Positions 10,019 to 23,907 of a stretch of DNA of 64,000 nt are shown piece after piece (the stretch's first letter is position 1; the number at the start of each line of letters is the position of its first letter). Made by a program: the position numbers and the translations under genes. The stretch is taken from assembly GCA_023213395.1 (NCBI GenBank), contig CM041465.1, forward strand, positions 175,467,741 through 175,531,740. The letters are read 5' to 3'. The DNA is from Cycas panzhihuaensis (Eukaryota > Plantae > Cycadophyta). Below the pieces are notes generated by a model. That model did no database searches, was not told the origin of the DNA, and saw nothing but the letters and a program-made list of their open reading frames with translations.

Positions 10019-12706
10019 TAGCGATGATGGAAGCCTTCACTCTGTAGGGTTTGTTTACACGGGCTTCACACATAGGTGATAATGTAATAGAGGTACAGGC
10101 AATACGGTCAACACAAGTGATGAACAGGGCTAGCTTAGCACGAACTCCTTTCAGTGAAGGTTAATTCATAACTTATGACAAAATTTTCCATAACAATTTT
10201 ATATAAGCTTGGTACTAACTCCAGATTTTATCAATCATATTTCAATGATTTCCAATACAAGCATTCACTGGCAACTTCAGATCTATTCATATGTCATAAA
10301 TTCCAATCAAATTCTTTACAAGATAAACCCGGTGCAAAGCCTTTTATCATATGAAAAAGGGAGCAGTATTACCCGGTAGAATTTTGCAAATGCTTGGCAC
10401 GCTTCGAGCAGAACCACAAACTATCAACCGACTCTACGGAGTCACCTCCTCAAATCATCAAAACCTACGCACGAATTCTTTCAAACAGCCAGAGGAACCT
10501 GCTATGATACCATGTTAAGATTTCAACATGGAGAACACTCATCAACAGCAAGATCAATAACATCAACAGAGATTACACAATATAATCAGAATGTATTACC
10601 ATACCAAAAGCACCAAAGACTCAACATGAGCCTTGATGATGTGATGTCTTTACATACTACCTCAACCACCTTTATATACCAAAGAGGTGGGAGACTATTC
10701 AACACAAGTAATGCATGTGGGACAAATACCTTTGTCCTGACCAATAGCATTACACCACTAACTTGACCAATAAACTTATATCCTTTTACATAGTATTATA
10801 ATAACCTTTTGACCCTAAGACTTAGGACTAACATTTATTATCCTAAAACCCACACACATTAAACATTATTTCTAACAGGAGGATGATAATGATAATGATC
10901 GTGACGACGTAGAAACGAGCGATGATCAACATCCATTAAATGTACTGTTTGATAAATGATAACATATGTAAGCCCATCAAGGGTGTTATGTATTTGGATC
11001 CATGTTCTGAAGACGAAGTAGATTCAGATAATAGATTGTTTCATTGGTAGCAACAAGACTACAAAATCTTTTCACCTTCATGTTATTTAATCAATGTTGA
11101 ACCATGGAATCCTAAAAATGTATATTTGGTAGAGAGTATATGCGAAACAACTAACCATACACAAGAATGCCCAACCCAATTCTTCGAAGTCATAGTAGAG
11201 GAACAACCAATACTTAAGGAATCTACAGACAACATTTACAACAATGAACAAATTTCCTACAATGAACCACCTCAACAATTAACCAATTCAGGATCCAAAT
11301 ATGATGTATAGACTATTAAAATGGGCAAAAGTGGGATCTCCTATTGATAGAGGTACCATGAAAATCTTTTTACAATACAAAGATGTATTTGATTGGGCTT
11401 ACAAAGACTTGAAGGGTATAATAGAAGACTTGTGCAAACACAAGATCGAATTAATACCTAGAGCCAAACTTGTGAAACATCAACCATATCAAGTGAACTC
11501 AAAATACGCACAACAAGCAGATGCGTAGATTAAAAAAACGTTGGATGCAAAGATTATATTTAAGGTAGAAACAAGTGAATGGGTTTCACCGATTGTGATC
11601 GTTCCTAAGAACAACAAACTTAGAATATGTGTAGCTTTTTAGAAGTCGAAAGCAGTCACCCACAAAGATCCATTTCGAATACCATTTACCAATACCATAT
11701 TGAAAGAAGTCGCCAAGCATGAAATATACTCACTCCTAGATGGCTTTTCTAGCTATAACCAAATTAGTATAACAGAAAATGATAAGTTAAAAACCACATT
11801 CATTACACAATTTGGGATTTTTGCATATAATCAAATGCCATTTGGACTATGCAATGCCTCGACGACATTTCAAAGAATCATCATGCACTTATTTGAACAA
11901 CTTTCATCAAAGTTGGTAAAGGTATTCTTGGATGATTGGTTAGTTTACATAATGTTAGAGATCATTTGCCAATATTAAGGGAATGCTTAGAGGTTTACAA
12001 AAGAGCAAGAATATCACTAAACTAGGAGAAGTGTCAGGTTTTAATTCCATATTCTAAACTATTAGATCATATTATGTGTGCACAAGGCTTGAAAACAAAG
12101 GCCCTAGTAACAATGTTGTAAAAGTTATGTAATGCCAATGAAAATGACTAGGCAGAACAGTTACATTCGACACTATGGGCCTTCTGAACAACATACAACA
12201 CTACCATAGGTCATACTCCATTTCAATTAGTATATAGAATAGAAGCAGTCCTCCCTATATAATTTGTAGGGCCTAGTCTAAGGATTGTGGTGCAAGAACA
12301 TTGGCCAAACATAGCTAGTATTTAAACTCATCTTAAAGCAATCATGGCCTTAGACAAAAGACAATTACATGCATAGTGGGCAACAAATATTATACAACAA
12401 TGCAGAAAAAAATGGCATGACAAAACACTTCAAGCAAAAACCTTTAAGGAAGGGGACTTAGTTTTAAAATATGATGGCAAACACTTCATAAAACTAGATA
12501 AACTTAAAATTAGAAGGCTCAGACCATTCTCTACAGAAAAAAGCATGTGGTAATGGATCAGTTGAACTAGCAACGATTAATGAAGATACTTAGATAAGTA
12601 TCAACAATGAATCAAAACTCAAATTGTATAATATAACTACTATGTGAGAAGAATGAAAATAAATCTACTAGCAATAATGATAATGCCTGTTACAATAACA
12701 TCTACA

Positions 12707-13267
<561 letters not shown>

Positions 13268-13283
13268 ATCAGTTGATCATAGA

Positions 13284-13450
13284 CTGACCAACCCATGTCA
13301 CTAGTGGTTGGACAACCCCACCAGACGATCCACGTCACCCATGGTTGGTTGACCCCACCAGGTGACCCATGTCACTTGTGTCAGTCAACCAACCCCACTA
13401 GCTGACCCACATCACCCACAATTGGCCAACCAACCCAAGACCAACCAACT
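13284..13450. repeat. Degenerate ~36-bp tandem repeat (ACCCATGTCAC...ACCCCAC units), probably Gypsy 3' non-coding region
   Basis: Recurring ACCCATGTCAC / ATCCACGTCAC / ACCCACATCAC and ACCCCACCAG / ACCCCACTAG motifs. Confidence 0.6.
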
Positions 13451-13816
13451 CATGTAATGAAGCCATCACACAAGCAACGAAGCCGCACACAAATCGATGC
13501 ATAACAACTAATGGCATTACCGACTTAATGGTAATCGACTCACCAACATACTCAAATGATAAATACGTGACAAAACCATAAGCATGTGAACACGACCAAG
13601 GTAAGACGATCACAAACTGTATGCCTGAGAAGATCCAGAGCATCACAAATAGGTGTAATAATGCTAAAGGTCGATTGGGCATCTACCAATTACTCTAACG
13701 CCCAAGTTGATCAAGGATTTCTTGAGCAATGATCTAAGAGCTCTTCCACCGCTACCTTGACTGATCATTAATAATCATGAAAGTACTTTGGAGTTTTTTT
13801 TTTTTTTTTTTTCCTT

Positions 13817-15035
13817 AACATGAAAAATGTCTAGTAGTCAAGAAATATTTGCCAAATTTAGTCAAAACACCATTTCATTTACGAGAGCGGCAAGAAGACA
13901 ACTAGACAAGAATCTGGATGAGAATGCAAACACTTCATTTGAAGTAGAAAGGTGATAGATTAAATGGAAAGTATTAGATTCATCAGTTTTACACAAATGG
14001 CTAGAAGTGGAGGAACGAAATGCTCCACTGCACACAAATTTAACTAGTGCTAGACTAGTTCAGACAGCATCATTTCTTGTTTTCTTCAAAAATTCTAAAC
14101 AGTTATAGATATGCTATATGGGCATAACTCCATGACCCACACATTAACCATTAATGGAAAAGTTATAGGTATGGAACCATAAGATATTACCAGGCTAACA
14201 AGGTTTCCAGCTTAGGGACCGGGAAATTTAATAACTGCCATGAAGGACCAAACCATTCAGTCTATATGTAGGAAAGAATTCCATATCAACCATGGTGGAT
14301 GAGGTATTCCCATTACACATTTGAAAACCATAAATGTGATGATGGTAGCAACTCTTATGTGTACACGATAACTAGGAGAGTAGCGTTACAACACCTTACC
14401 TTGGTGGACATCATTGTACTTATAGGGGTTTATGAAAAGAGTTGTTTACAACTAGTCAGCATTCATATCAAAAAAATTGAAGACATCACTCCACCAGCTG
14501 GTCACACATGGGCAATCTAGTTTTAACTTAACCCTCTACCTCTTGGGGTTTTGTTATGTGAAATTTCACCTACCCGCTATAGCATGGAGTCCAACAATAT
14601 TGCTCCTATCAGCCTTCCACTTAAGTTCCATACAAACACCAAAGAAGATTAGGCCCAAAGTACAGAAGGAGGGGCAAAAAGAAAAGCCAAAAAAGAGGAA
14701 GGTTGTGACAATCAACGGAATCGATGATGAGTTTTCAAAAGAACCTGAAGATTTAGATGAGGATTATATAGCAGATTATTTAGATTTAAGTTCAAGTGAA
14801 GATGACGATGATAATCTTGGGTTAGAAACTAGTGACATTACACCATAACCAATTCCTACCAATCAGGTCTCACAAGTACCAGCACCAAATCTGAATATAC
14901 CAGCATCACCCACTATGGGAAGTGAGGCAGCACATTGTGACTTATGTAAAATATTAAGGGAGACGGAAGTAATCAACCACTCAGTAAAAGAGAAGGAAGT
15001 ACTACCACCAGGACCAGTAGAATAGACTCAGGTGC
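13817..15035 (+). pseudogene. Disrupted extra ORF downstream of the Gypsy integrase, with acidic C-terminal tract
   Basis: Broken coding-like frames on the Gypsy strand, ending in KEKPKKRKVVTINGIDDEFSKEPEDLDEDYIADYLDLSSSEDDDD. The position fits the extra ORFs of Athila/Tat-type elements. Confidence 0.4.
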
Positions 15036-17320
15036 CAAATGTTTGCAAATTTCTCAGGCTGAAAGCAAATTCAATTACATCTTGGGTACATAATAGACCC
15101 CTTTAAACTTACCACCTACCAAGGAAACATCTCCAACACCTTCGACTGGTAACATGAGAGCATCTCCAAGGATAATCTCAACACCACTATGATCTGTACT
15201 CCATGCATCAAAGTTTTACTTCTGAAAAGAGATGTGCTTTTGTGCTCTAGAGTCTAATATCCAATAGTCTCTCTGACTTGACTCGGGTGACAAGGCTAAC
15301 ACTTTGACACAATGTATTGCTACACTCCTCCGTTTATCATCTTGGCTAGCTTTGCGTTTATCCGCCTCTTAAACCAATAGTTATTTTCTCTATGGCCTTC
15401 CTTCTTACAATAGTTATATTTATCAGTGAATTTCTTCTTCTCCCAAGACTCTTCCCCTAACCTTTGTGTGAACTTCTCCTCCTAAACGGTCTCCCTCCTA
15501 TGCGTTTCCATGACTAAGGCCTGACTTGATTCGGAACCTCCAAGTATCCCATGATTCTTAAGCTTGGCATCCTCAGCTAGAATGAGATTCTTAATACCGT
15601 TAAACATCTCACTTTCTATCACCTTATCTCTACCATAGATGGTCTGGAAAGTGGCAAATGTCATTGGTGGTTTCAACATGATTATTGCAAACAACAATGC
15701 ATCATCAATCAAATTTGACTTCAACTCCTCTAGCTTGTTCTTCAAGTCAGTGACTTTATTCAGGTAGGCACTTATGTTGATCTCATCTTCCACTACAAAA
15801 TTGATAAGCTCCAACATCAAAGCTAGACGTCTATTTGTCTTTTCTTTCTCAAAAGTTTCACATAACTTTGCCCAAATTTTGTCTGGTTGATCAAGGTTAT
15901 GAACCAAGGCCCTCTGGTCTGGGGCCAGTGACAGTCTCGTCAATCTGATTGCCATGAACTGCTTCTCTTGAAGTCAAACATGTTCCTTATGATCAACCAC
16001 AATTGCGTCCACTTTTGCCTTAGTTATTGCCCAAAGTTGATTTACCATCAATATTAACTCCATGTTAGTGTTCCACTCATCAAAGTTGTTGCCATTAAAG
16101 ATAACTTTGGGCATCAAATGATCTATTCTCGAGAAACAAGCTTCAAAAAACGAGTCAATATCACTAGACCTATAGTCTTTCAAACAACACCCACTTCATT
16201 GTGTTCACCACTTTCTTAAGCACATCTACAAGGGTACACAAACCAATGGTTATGCAAGCCAAAACCGCCCACCAACAATCAACCCCACAGCAATTGGCCT
16301 CAAGATCATTCTCAAAATACCCAAAAGGCTCCAAAAACAACTCAAAACACCATAGAATATGCTTCACAAAGAAGAGATTATAACATAGCAATGGTTGTTC
16401 GGTCTCCAAGTCAGATTTTAATCAAAATAGGTTCCAAAGTGATCTCAAAATGACTAACAATGCTCAATGTATACACATTATAAAATTTCAATGGTGTTTC
16501 AAAGGTTTTAAAAGGTCACTTTATATAGAATATGCCAAAAGGCATATTCCTAAAGTGGCGACTATTTACAAAGGTTGCACACCTTTTTATTAAACGCACA
16601 TGCTTGAAATCCAAGATTAACTCATAATAAAGATAGACTAAGTCTAATCGACCAAAATAATTTTCAAAAGTCACTCGTTTGATATCTCCGAACTCCAATT
16701 AACATATACAAAGGAACGCAACAGCCGTTAAAGGGAACACAACCTGCGTAGGTCCTCTCAAGCACTTACAGACATTCCCAACACTCACGGCTGGTAACAC
16801 AGCCCACACAGTCCAACAATCATACAAGTGACACCCAGTTCAATCTCAGGCAGTTAACATACCCACATATGAGAAAAAAAGGGGTCGCAAGCTCACACAA
16901 AATCGCCCATACTCAACACTCAGCCATGCACCCTGAATAGTCCAAGGTACAACTATTATTATTGCCCAACAACCTTCTTAAGGATAGAAAACCTCCTCAA
17001 CAGGATACAATCTCCCCCTCAGGTAAGGTATTCTGACTACTTTAGTGTAAAATGATAATTTCCAATGCTAAATACAGTAGCATTTTGTCAAAATTAGACC
17101 CACAATAGGGCTTCCTACCAACTCTTTTCCCTATCTTCTTCTCAACGTTTTCAGCTAAAAATTGTAAAGGCATCATCATCATTGTAGTCATGCTAGTGTT
17201 CATCCTACCACTTTTTGATCCTTTTATCAAACATATATAGGAAACATCTTAAGAAAGTTATCCAATCAATCTAATGAGAAAGTGCATTAGAAGTCCACTC
17301 ACAAGCCTTCCCATCCAAAT

Positions 17321-20300
17321 TGTCAAAAGTTGCTCTGATAGCAGATGAAAAAGCTTGAATGAATATTAATGAGAGTTCTAGGGATTAAATACATTTAGGG
17401 TTTGTAACTCCCCTTGAACTAATTTGTAAGCGAAACATGACAAAGTGGCACGTGTCCTTCAGTTACATTAAGATATATACATAGAAACTTACTTAAGACC
17501 CTAGATAAAACATTACATTCTAACACCCTCTCTTAATGTTTTATCCCTTTAATCCTATCTTATCTCTGAGGATTTGAAATCTATCCTTTCTTAGTGGCTT
17601 TGATAATATATCAACCACTTGATCACCTGTTGGGCAGTAGACAAAATCTATTTCCTTGTTTTGAACCTTCTCTCGAATAAAATGATGGTGTACTTCAATG
17701 TGCTTGGTTCTTGCACGAAGTACTGGATTCTTGGTAAGCTTGATGGCACTCTGATTATCGCAGTGAAGTGTTGTTGCTCCTTTTTTAGATACCTTTAGGT
17801 CATTCAGGAGTTGTCTTAGCCATATTGCTTCAGTAGTTGCACTAACTGTTGATTTATACTCTCTCTGTAGATGATAGAGCTACAATTGCTTGTTTTTTGA
17901 TGCTCCACGAAATTGGTGCTGAGCCTAGAAAAAAACAATGTCTGGTGGTTGATTTCCTTTATTCTTTGTCTCCTGCCCAATCTGAATTGCAGAATCCAGT
18001 TAATTTGAGAGATTCTTCTTTTGGAAATGTCAACTTTAATTCTGTTATACCTTTTAGATATCTCAATATCTTCTTTGCAGCTTTCCAATGATTTGCTTTG
18101 GGTTCATGCATGTATCTTGATATCAGACCTATAGAATATGAAATATCAGGTCTGGTTGTTGTGAGGTAGATGAGGCTGCCAACGAGTTCCTTGTATAAGG
18201 TGGCATCAACATGTGGTTCCTGCTCATCTAGAACCATACTGCAATTTACTTCCATGGGGGCGGAGCATAGATTACATTCTTCCATTTGGAATTTTGTCAG
18301 CAAGTTTTTAATGTAGTTGCTTTGGCATAAAGTGACTGAATTGTCGTCTTGATTTACTTGGATTCCCAAGTAATAATTGAGAAGGCCCAAATCCTTCATT
18401 TCAAACTTACTCTCCAGCTGACCTTTTATGTCAGATATTGATTCTTCATCATCACCAGTGAGAATCATGTCATCAGCATACACCACTATTATAGTGATTG
18501 AACCATTCATGTTTTTTACATACAGACTTGAGTCTGAGTTGCACTTGTGAAAGCCATTTTCGTAAAGATGGTTGTCCAGTTTGGCATACCAGGCACAAGG
18601 AGCCTGTTTTAGTCCATATAGTGCCCTTTTCAATTTATAAACCAAGTGTTCTTGTCCTTGCTTGATATAACCCTCAGGTTGTGACATGTAGACTTCTTCT
18701 TCTATTTCACCATTCAAAAAGGCACTTTTGACGTCCAATTGGTATATCTTCCAGTTCTTTTGTGCTACTAAAGCTATCACTGTTCTTACAGTGTTCAGCT
18801 TAGCTACAGGTGAAAAAGTTTCATCATAATCCACTCTTGTTGTTTGTGTGTAACCTTTCGCAACTAGCTTGACTTTATATTTTTCCACCTTCCCATTTGC
18901 TCCTCCTTTTATTTTGTAGATCCATTTACAATTTACAATCGGCTTATTGGGTGGAAGTTCTACCATCTCCCAAGTTTGATTTCTGATGATGGAGTCTTGT
19001 TAAGCATCCATGGGATTTCTCCATTCAGTGTGTTCCTTTGCTTCAGTATACGATTGTGGCTCTACATGACTGAACAAGGCTCTATGTTTTTGACTCCAAG
19101 TTCTATGAGGAAGTATGTTTTCTTTTCCTTCCTCAATTATTTTGAGGTACCACTTGGGAACCCTTTTTTCTTTTTTAGCCTCATCCGTTCTTGACTCTTC
19201 AGGAGATGATTCTTTGTCTTCTGGAGTGGAATCTTTGTGAGAAACTTGGGGTGAGACAGATTCTTCTGAAATATCTTTTGAAGTTATGCCTGATTCTTCT
19301 TCTGCAGGAGTGTCTTGAGAGGTCACCTGAGGTGTTTTTCTATTACTCGGATTTGATTTGTATCTTCTTCTTTGTCTTCTTCATTGAAGATGACATCTAG
19401 ACTTACATGCATCTTGTTTGTCTTTGGATCTATGCATTTGTAAGCTTTAGAGTTCTTACTGTAGCCAACCATAATGCATTAAAAACTTTTTGAGTCAAGC
19501 TTTGTCCTTTTTTTGTCTGGTATGTGAACAAACACTTGACAACCAAACACTTTCAGATGACTCACATCTGGCTTTCTTCCTATCCACACTTCTTCTAGAG
19601 TGAGAAGGCCTATTGCCTTAGTCAAGCTTCTATTCAGTAAATAACAACTTGTGCCGACTACTTCAGCCCAATATGTTTTTGGAACATTTTTCTCATGCAT
19701 CATACTATGAACCATTTCCGTAATGACTTTGTTTTTCCTTTCAGCGACCCCATTAGATTGAGGTGTGTAGGGTGTTGTGAACTGCCTTCGTATTCCATTG
19801 ACTTTGCAATATTCTATAAATTCTTTGGAAATATATTCCCCTCCACCATCGAATCTTATGCACTTGATTTTTCCTTCAGCCTCTAGTTCTATTTCAGCTT
19901 TGAATTCTTTGAATATGTCATAGACTTATGATTTATTGTGCAAGAAATAGATCCAGATTTTCTTGGTCAAATCGTCTATGAATGTGAGGAAGTATCTACA
20001 CCCATTGATGGAATGTGGAGTGAATGGTCCACACATATCAATCTGAATCAATTCTAATTTTTTCTGAGCTCGCCACTTGCTTTCTTGAAAGGGCAACTTG
20101 TGTTGTTTTCCTTATTGGCAACTTTTACATAAAAAATTATTGGATGTGATTGAAAGCAAACCACTGATTAATCCTGCCTTTTTAATGTTTTTTAGTTTGT
20201 CTATGGGAAGATGACCATACTTCAAATGCCATGTTTTATCATTATGACTTACAACAATACATGCTTTTACATCAGGCAAAACAGGATATGAAAGTAGCCT

Positions 20301-22515
20301 GTACAAGTCATTACTTTCGACTCCTTTAGCAATTACATGACCATTGTTTCTCATATCAAGGATATAACAAAATCCTTTTTCATCAAAGACATTTCTCAAC
20401 CCCTTTTTCCTAAGTTGAGACACAGACAAGAGATTCATCTTTAGATCAGGAACCAAGAGTACATTTCCTATTTCTTTTGCATTGTCTGTAATTTGATTGC
20501 TATAGTTCCTACCCCTTTTATGTTGAGGGGGTGTTTGTCCCCTAGTTCCACTAATTTGTCCAAAGAGTATGGTTGCAGGGTTTCAAACCACTCTTCTCTG
20601 TTGGTCATTTGTCGTGATAGCCCTAGGTCGATGTACCATACGTCTCTGTCCTGAAGACTTGTTGCAAGTGCAACAATGAAGGCAATCTCCTCTTCTTCAT
20701 CACCATCAATCTGCTCTTTGCTGAAGTTTCCCATTGGACGTTTCCCTCTCTAGATGTTTGCTTTCCTGAGTGGGCATTGGTATGGAAAATGTCTTGATTG
20801 GTCACAATAATAACACAAGTCAAAAGCCCTGCATGAACTTGTGAAATGACCAGTCTTACCATAGTTGTAACATATTATGGGAGTTGTGCTGTATCCTCGA
20901 CCCCTTGCGTCTTGCCATCTACCTCGTGATGAAGTTCGAGGTTCTTGAGCTTTCCCTCTCCCTCTACTTCGACCTCTAGATCCCAGGCTTAGTCTGGACA
21001 TGAATGGGTCTTCAAGCTCTCCTGAGTCTTCATACCTTTTATTCCTTTGCTCCTGTCTCAATAGCAACCTAATCAGAGTATCCAATGTCATTGTCACTAT
21101 CTAATCATTGTTGGTGATAGTATTTATTGTTACATCAAAGGACTTAAGTAGCTTACTGGCCACCATTTCTATTAACTCTTAGTCTGTGATTGCCGCACCA
21201 GCGCTGGAGAGATCATTTCTTAAGGAGATAACTTTATAAGTAAATTTAGTAACTGTTTCAGATTCCTTCATATGAAGTTTAAACAACTTTTCTTTTAAAG
21301 CTACTATCCTAGCTTTATTTTTCTGTCCATACAAATTTTCAAAGCACTTCCAGATCTAAAATGTAGTAGACAAGGTCTCTACGCACATAAGGAGGGGGTC
21401 GAAATTGATAGTTTTAGAATTATAACCCCTGCATTGTCTCTTTCTTCCTAGTTTGTCAGATCTATCACTGTTGTTCTAGGCTTGCCTTCATCCCCTGTGG
21501 CAATTTTCCAAGCATTCTTGGCTCTTAGGAGAGTTTTTATCTTTATTTTCCATACATGATAGTTATTATCAGTGAGTTTGTCGACTTTGGAAAGGGCAAG
21601 AATTGAAGAGGCCATTTTCTGCAGAGGACTCAATGAGAAACCCTAGTCCGTATTGTTGTATGGAATTTCATACAGTACCCAAACTGTACAGCCAAAATCA
21701 AACTATACCTCAAAAGATAGATCTCAATGAGGCATCTATGAATTTGCAATTAGATTTGGGAAACAGTCTACAAACAGGGAGAAAACAACCTCAAAAGGAT
21801 GGACGAGCGACTAGGGTTTTCTCCAAAAAATGCTTTGATTGAGAAAAATAACCATTCAAATTCCAAAAAACCAATCCCAATCTGGTCGAACAATAAGAAC
21901 AAAAGATTTGGATCTGATTTCAGGTGAAAAAACAAGGTAAAATAACCAAATTTGAGTACCTTCTTCTTCAAACCCACGCACAGATAAAAACTGGTCAAAA
22001 ACGGCTTCAAATGAGTTTGATGTAGAAGACAATCTTGTCAAGGAAGATGTGATCTAAATTCTGGCCAAGTTTCATTCCGATCTGAGAACCTGAATTTTCT
22101 GACCGTATAGTCGTACAATTCCGTACTCTTAACTCTGTACAGTTTCAGCTAATGCTTCTCCTTAATTTAGTTCTTCTTTCCTCAACTCTCTTTCTTCAAA
22201 TTGTCTTCTTCTTTTTCTCCCTTAACAATCTCGCTATCTTGTCTCAGTCAGGACAGATTCCTCTTGCAAGCTTTAAGGATGATCTTCTTCTCAACACGGC
22301 AGGATGACTGCTATGATACCATGTCAAAAGTTGCTCTGATAGCAGATGAAAAAGCTTGAATGAATATTAATGAGAGTTCTAGGGATTAAATACATTTAGG
22401 ATTTGTAACTCCCTTTGAACTAAACATGATAGAGTGACACGTGTCCTTTGGTTACACTAAAAATATATACATACAAACTTACTTAAGACCCTAGATAAAA
22501 CATTATATTCTAACA
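17321..22515 (-). mobile_element. Full-length but mutated Ty1/Copia E6 (~5.2 kb)
   Basis: LTRs at 17321-17525 and 22322-22515; near-TSD CAAAT/AAAAT; PBS TGGTATCATAGC at 22310-22321; PPT next to 17526. Gag KLTDNNYHVWKIKIK, two CCHC-type knuckles, protease WYIDLG.SRQMT, integrase, RT (QLDVKSAFLNG, LYGLKQAP, YADD), RNase H (DNQSAIKL..NP, RTKHIEVHHHFIRE). Confidence 0.95.
17959..18966 (-). pseudogene. Copia reverse transcriptase (RVT_2) ORF fragment of E6
   Basis: CKWIYKIK, KLVAKGYTQ, ETFSPVAK, QLDVKSAFLNG, LYGLKQAP, VVYADDMIL, TRPDI, SDWAGD. Confidence 0.93.
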
Positions 22516-23625
22516 AAAATATGGCTTAATGATTGGACAAGAATCTCTTTTTAATGCTCGAGATGAGATCAAGGTGAGATTTTAAAGCTTGCTTTAATCT
22601 TATCAGTCAATCTATGGGTCACACTTCTCTGTCCCTTATGAAAATATGAATTTCTTTATGATTCTTCATGATTGCCTCGCAAGGCTCCAACATTAAAGAC
22701 CAACTTCAAACTAAAATTTCTACTACAAATATTCACCAAAATAAATAATCCAATAGCTCAAACTGAACGCCTTTGAACTAAGATTCCAATGGTTCAAACC
22801 AAATCAAATTCTAACATTTGTAGCAAAAGTTATGGCAAAAACTGTACACCTTGCTCTTGGTGAATAGGTCAACGCCATCGAAATGGCGATTATCATGGTC
22901 AATAGCACGATTATAGACAATTTTGGTGAATGAACATGGGCATATTCAGAGGCAATTCAAATCTATGGCCAAGCTACGAATCGCTCATATCAAGGGCATG
23001 CAAATAATGGCCAAATGACAAGATGATAATAGACAAATGAGCAACTGACACTTCACAAATGATGCAATACCGTCAATAGATCTCATGTAGTAGGATAAAT
23101 GGGTGTTGGCTCTTTGCAAAGCTTCAATAGGACAACCAAACATAAAGGAAATAATGAAACTTCACAGCAAGACAATGAGAGCAATATGTAGTCTTCACAT
23201 CCAACAGATGAATCTTATCAATTCAAAAGGGCTATCCTGAATGATGCATGAAGCATGTTGTGATGCACAAAGCACGAAGAAGAGAACGGCAATAGTAGTC
23301 ACTGTGTGGGTGATGGCACATCCACAGTGAGGACTTAGGCTAATGGCCTACGGATCTTCACATGCAAGAGTCTATGGCAAAAATAGTAGCACAATAAAGA
23401 CACATGCAAATAGACAAATGACACAATAGCACACAACCTACATAAGACATCAACATAAAAACCCTCTCACGATGCACCTACAAATAGAGAACTAAACAAA
23501 AACTTGGCTCTAATACCAAATGTAGCGAATCCAAACCAATTAATCAACAATAACATAACACGAGCAATCAATAGATATCAAATATCAATGGCATATAACA
23601 CAATAATAAATAACAACATAGATTT

Positions 23626-23907
23626 GCCTCATGGGGCTGGGTGGATTGGTAAGTGGTGGCGATTACTAAGGCGAGACCCAGGTTCAAAACCCATGAGTGC
23701 AAGTCACTGCACAGGGAAGTAGTCCGACCGCGGCCCGTGCAAAGATAGTAATCCGACCAAAGTCCGTTGAGTGTGTGCCACCGGTATGCGATGGCGGTAT
23801 GAACTCCAAGCGTAGCCGATTACAAAGACGGTACAAAAACACGGACCCGGGGTCCCCTTACTTCGGAACTTTCACCAAGGGTGGCTAGAGGTTCTCCTCT
23901 AGATATC

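Larger units (their letters stand above)
6254..10877 (-). mobile_element. Young non-autonomous Copia-derived LTR element E4 (4624 bp) carrying captured host gene fragments
   Basis: 365-bp LTRs at 6254-6618 and 10513-10877 (TG...CA; only 6466/10725 and 6587/10846 differ). TSD GGAGG at 6249-6253 and 10878-10882. PBS TGGTATCATAGC at 10501-10512; PPT (AAGGGGAGG on minus strand) at 6619-6627. No protease, integrase, RT or RNase H motifs seen. Confidence 0.95.
5593..12630 (+). mobile_element. Degenerate Ty3/Gypsy (non-chromovirus, Athila/Tat-like) pol relic, split by the E4 insertion
   Basis: Protease VVDAGAKVNVM (~5866-5898) and LLG*PW. After the E4 insertion: RT motifs EWVSPIVIVPK, LDGFSSYNQI, MPFGLCNA, VFLDDWLVY (11570-11950); integrase C-terminus (GHTPFQL, WHDK, 12150-12630). 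RNase H and integrase core appear deleted near 12110. Confidence 0.85.

Noticed and set aside
23626-23701. tRNA gene
   Set aside because: No proper cloverleaf or anticodon arm, and it is followed by a body, poly(A) and TSD; it is a SINE head.
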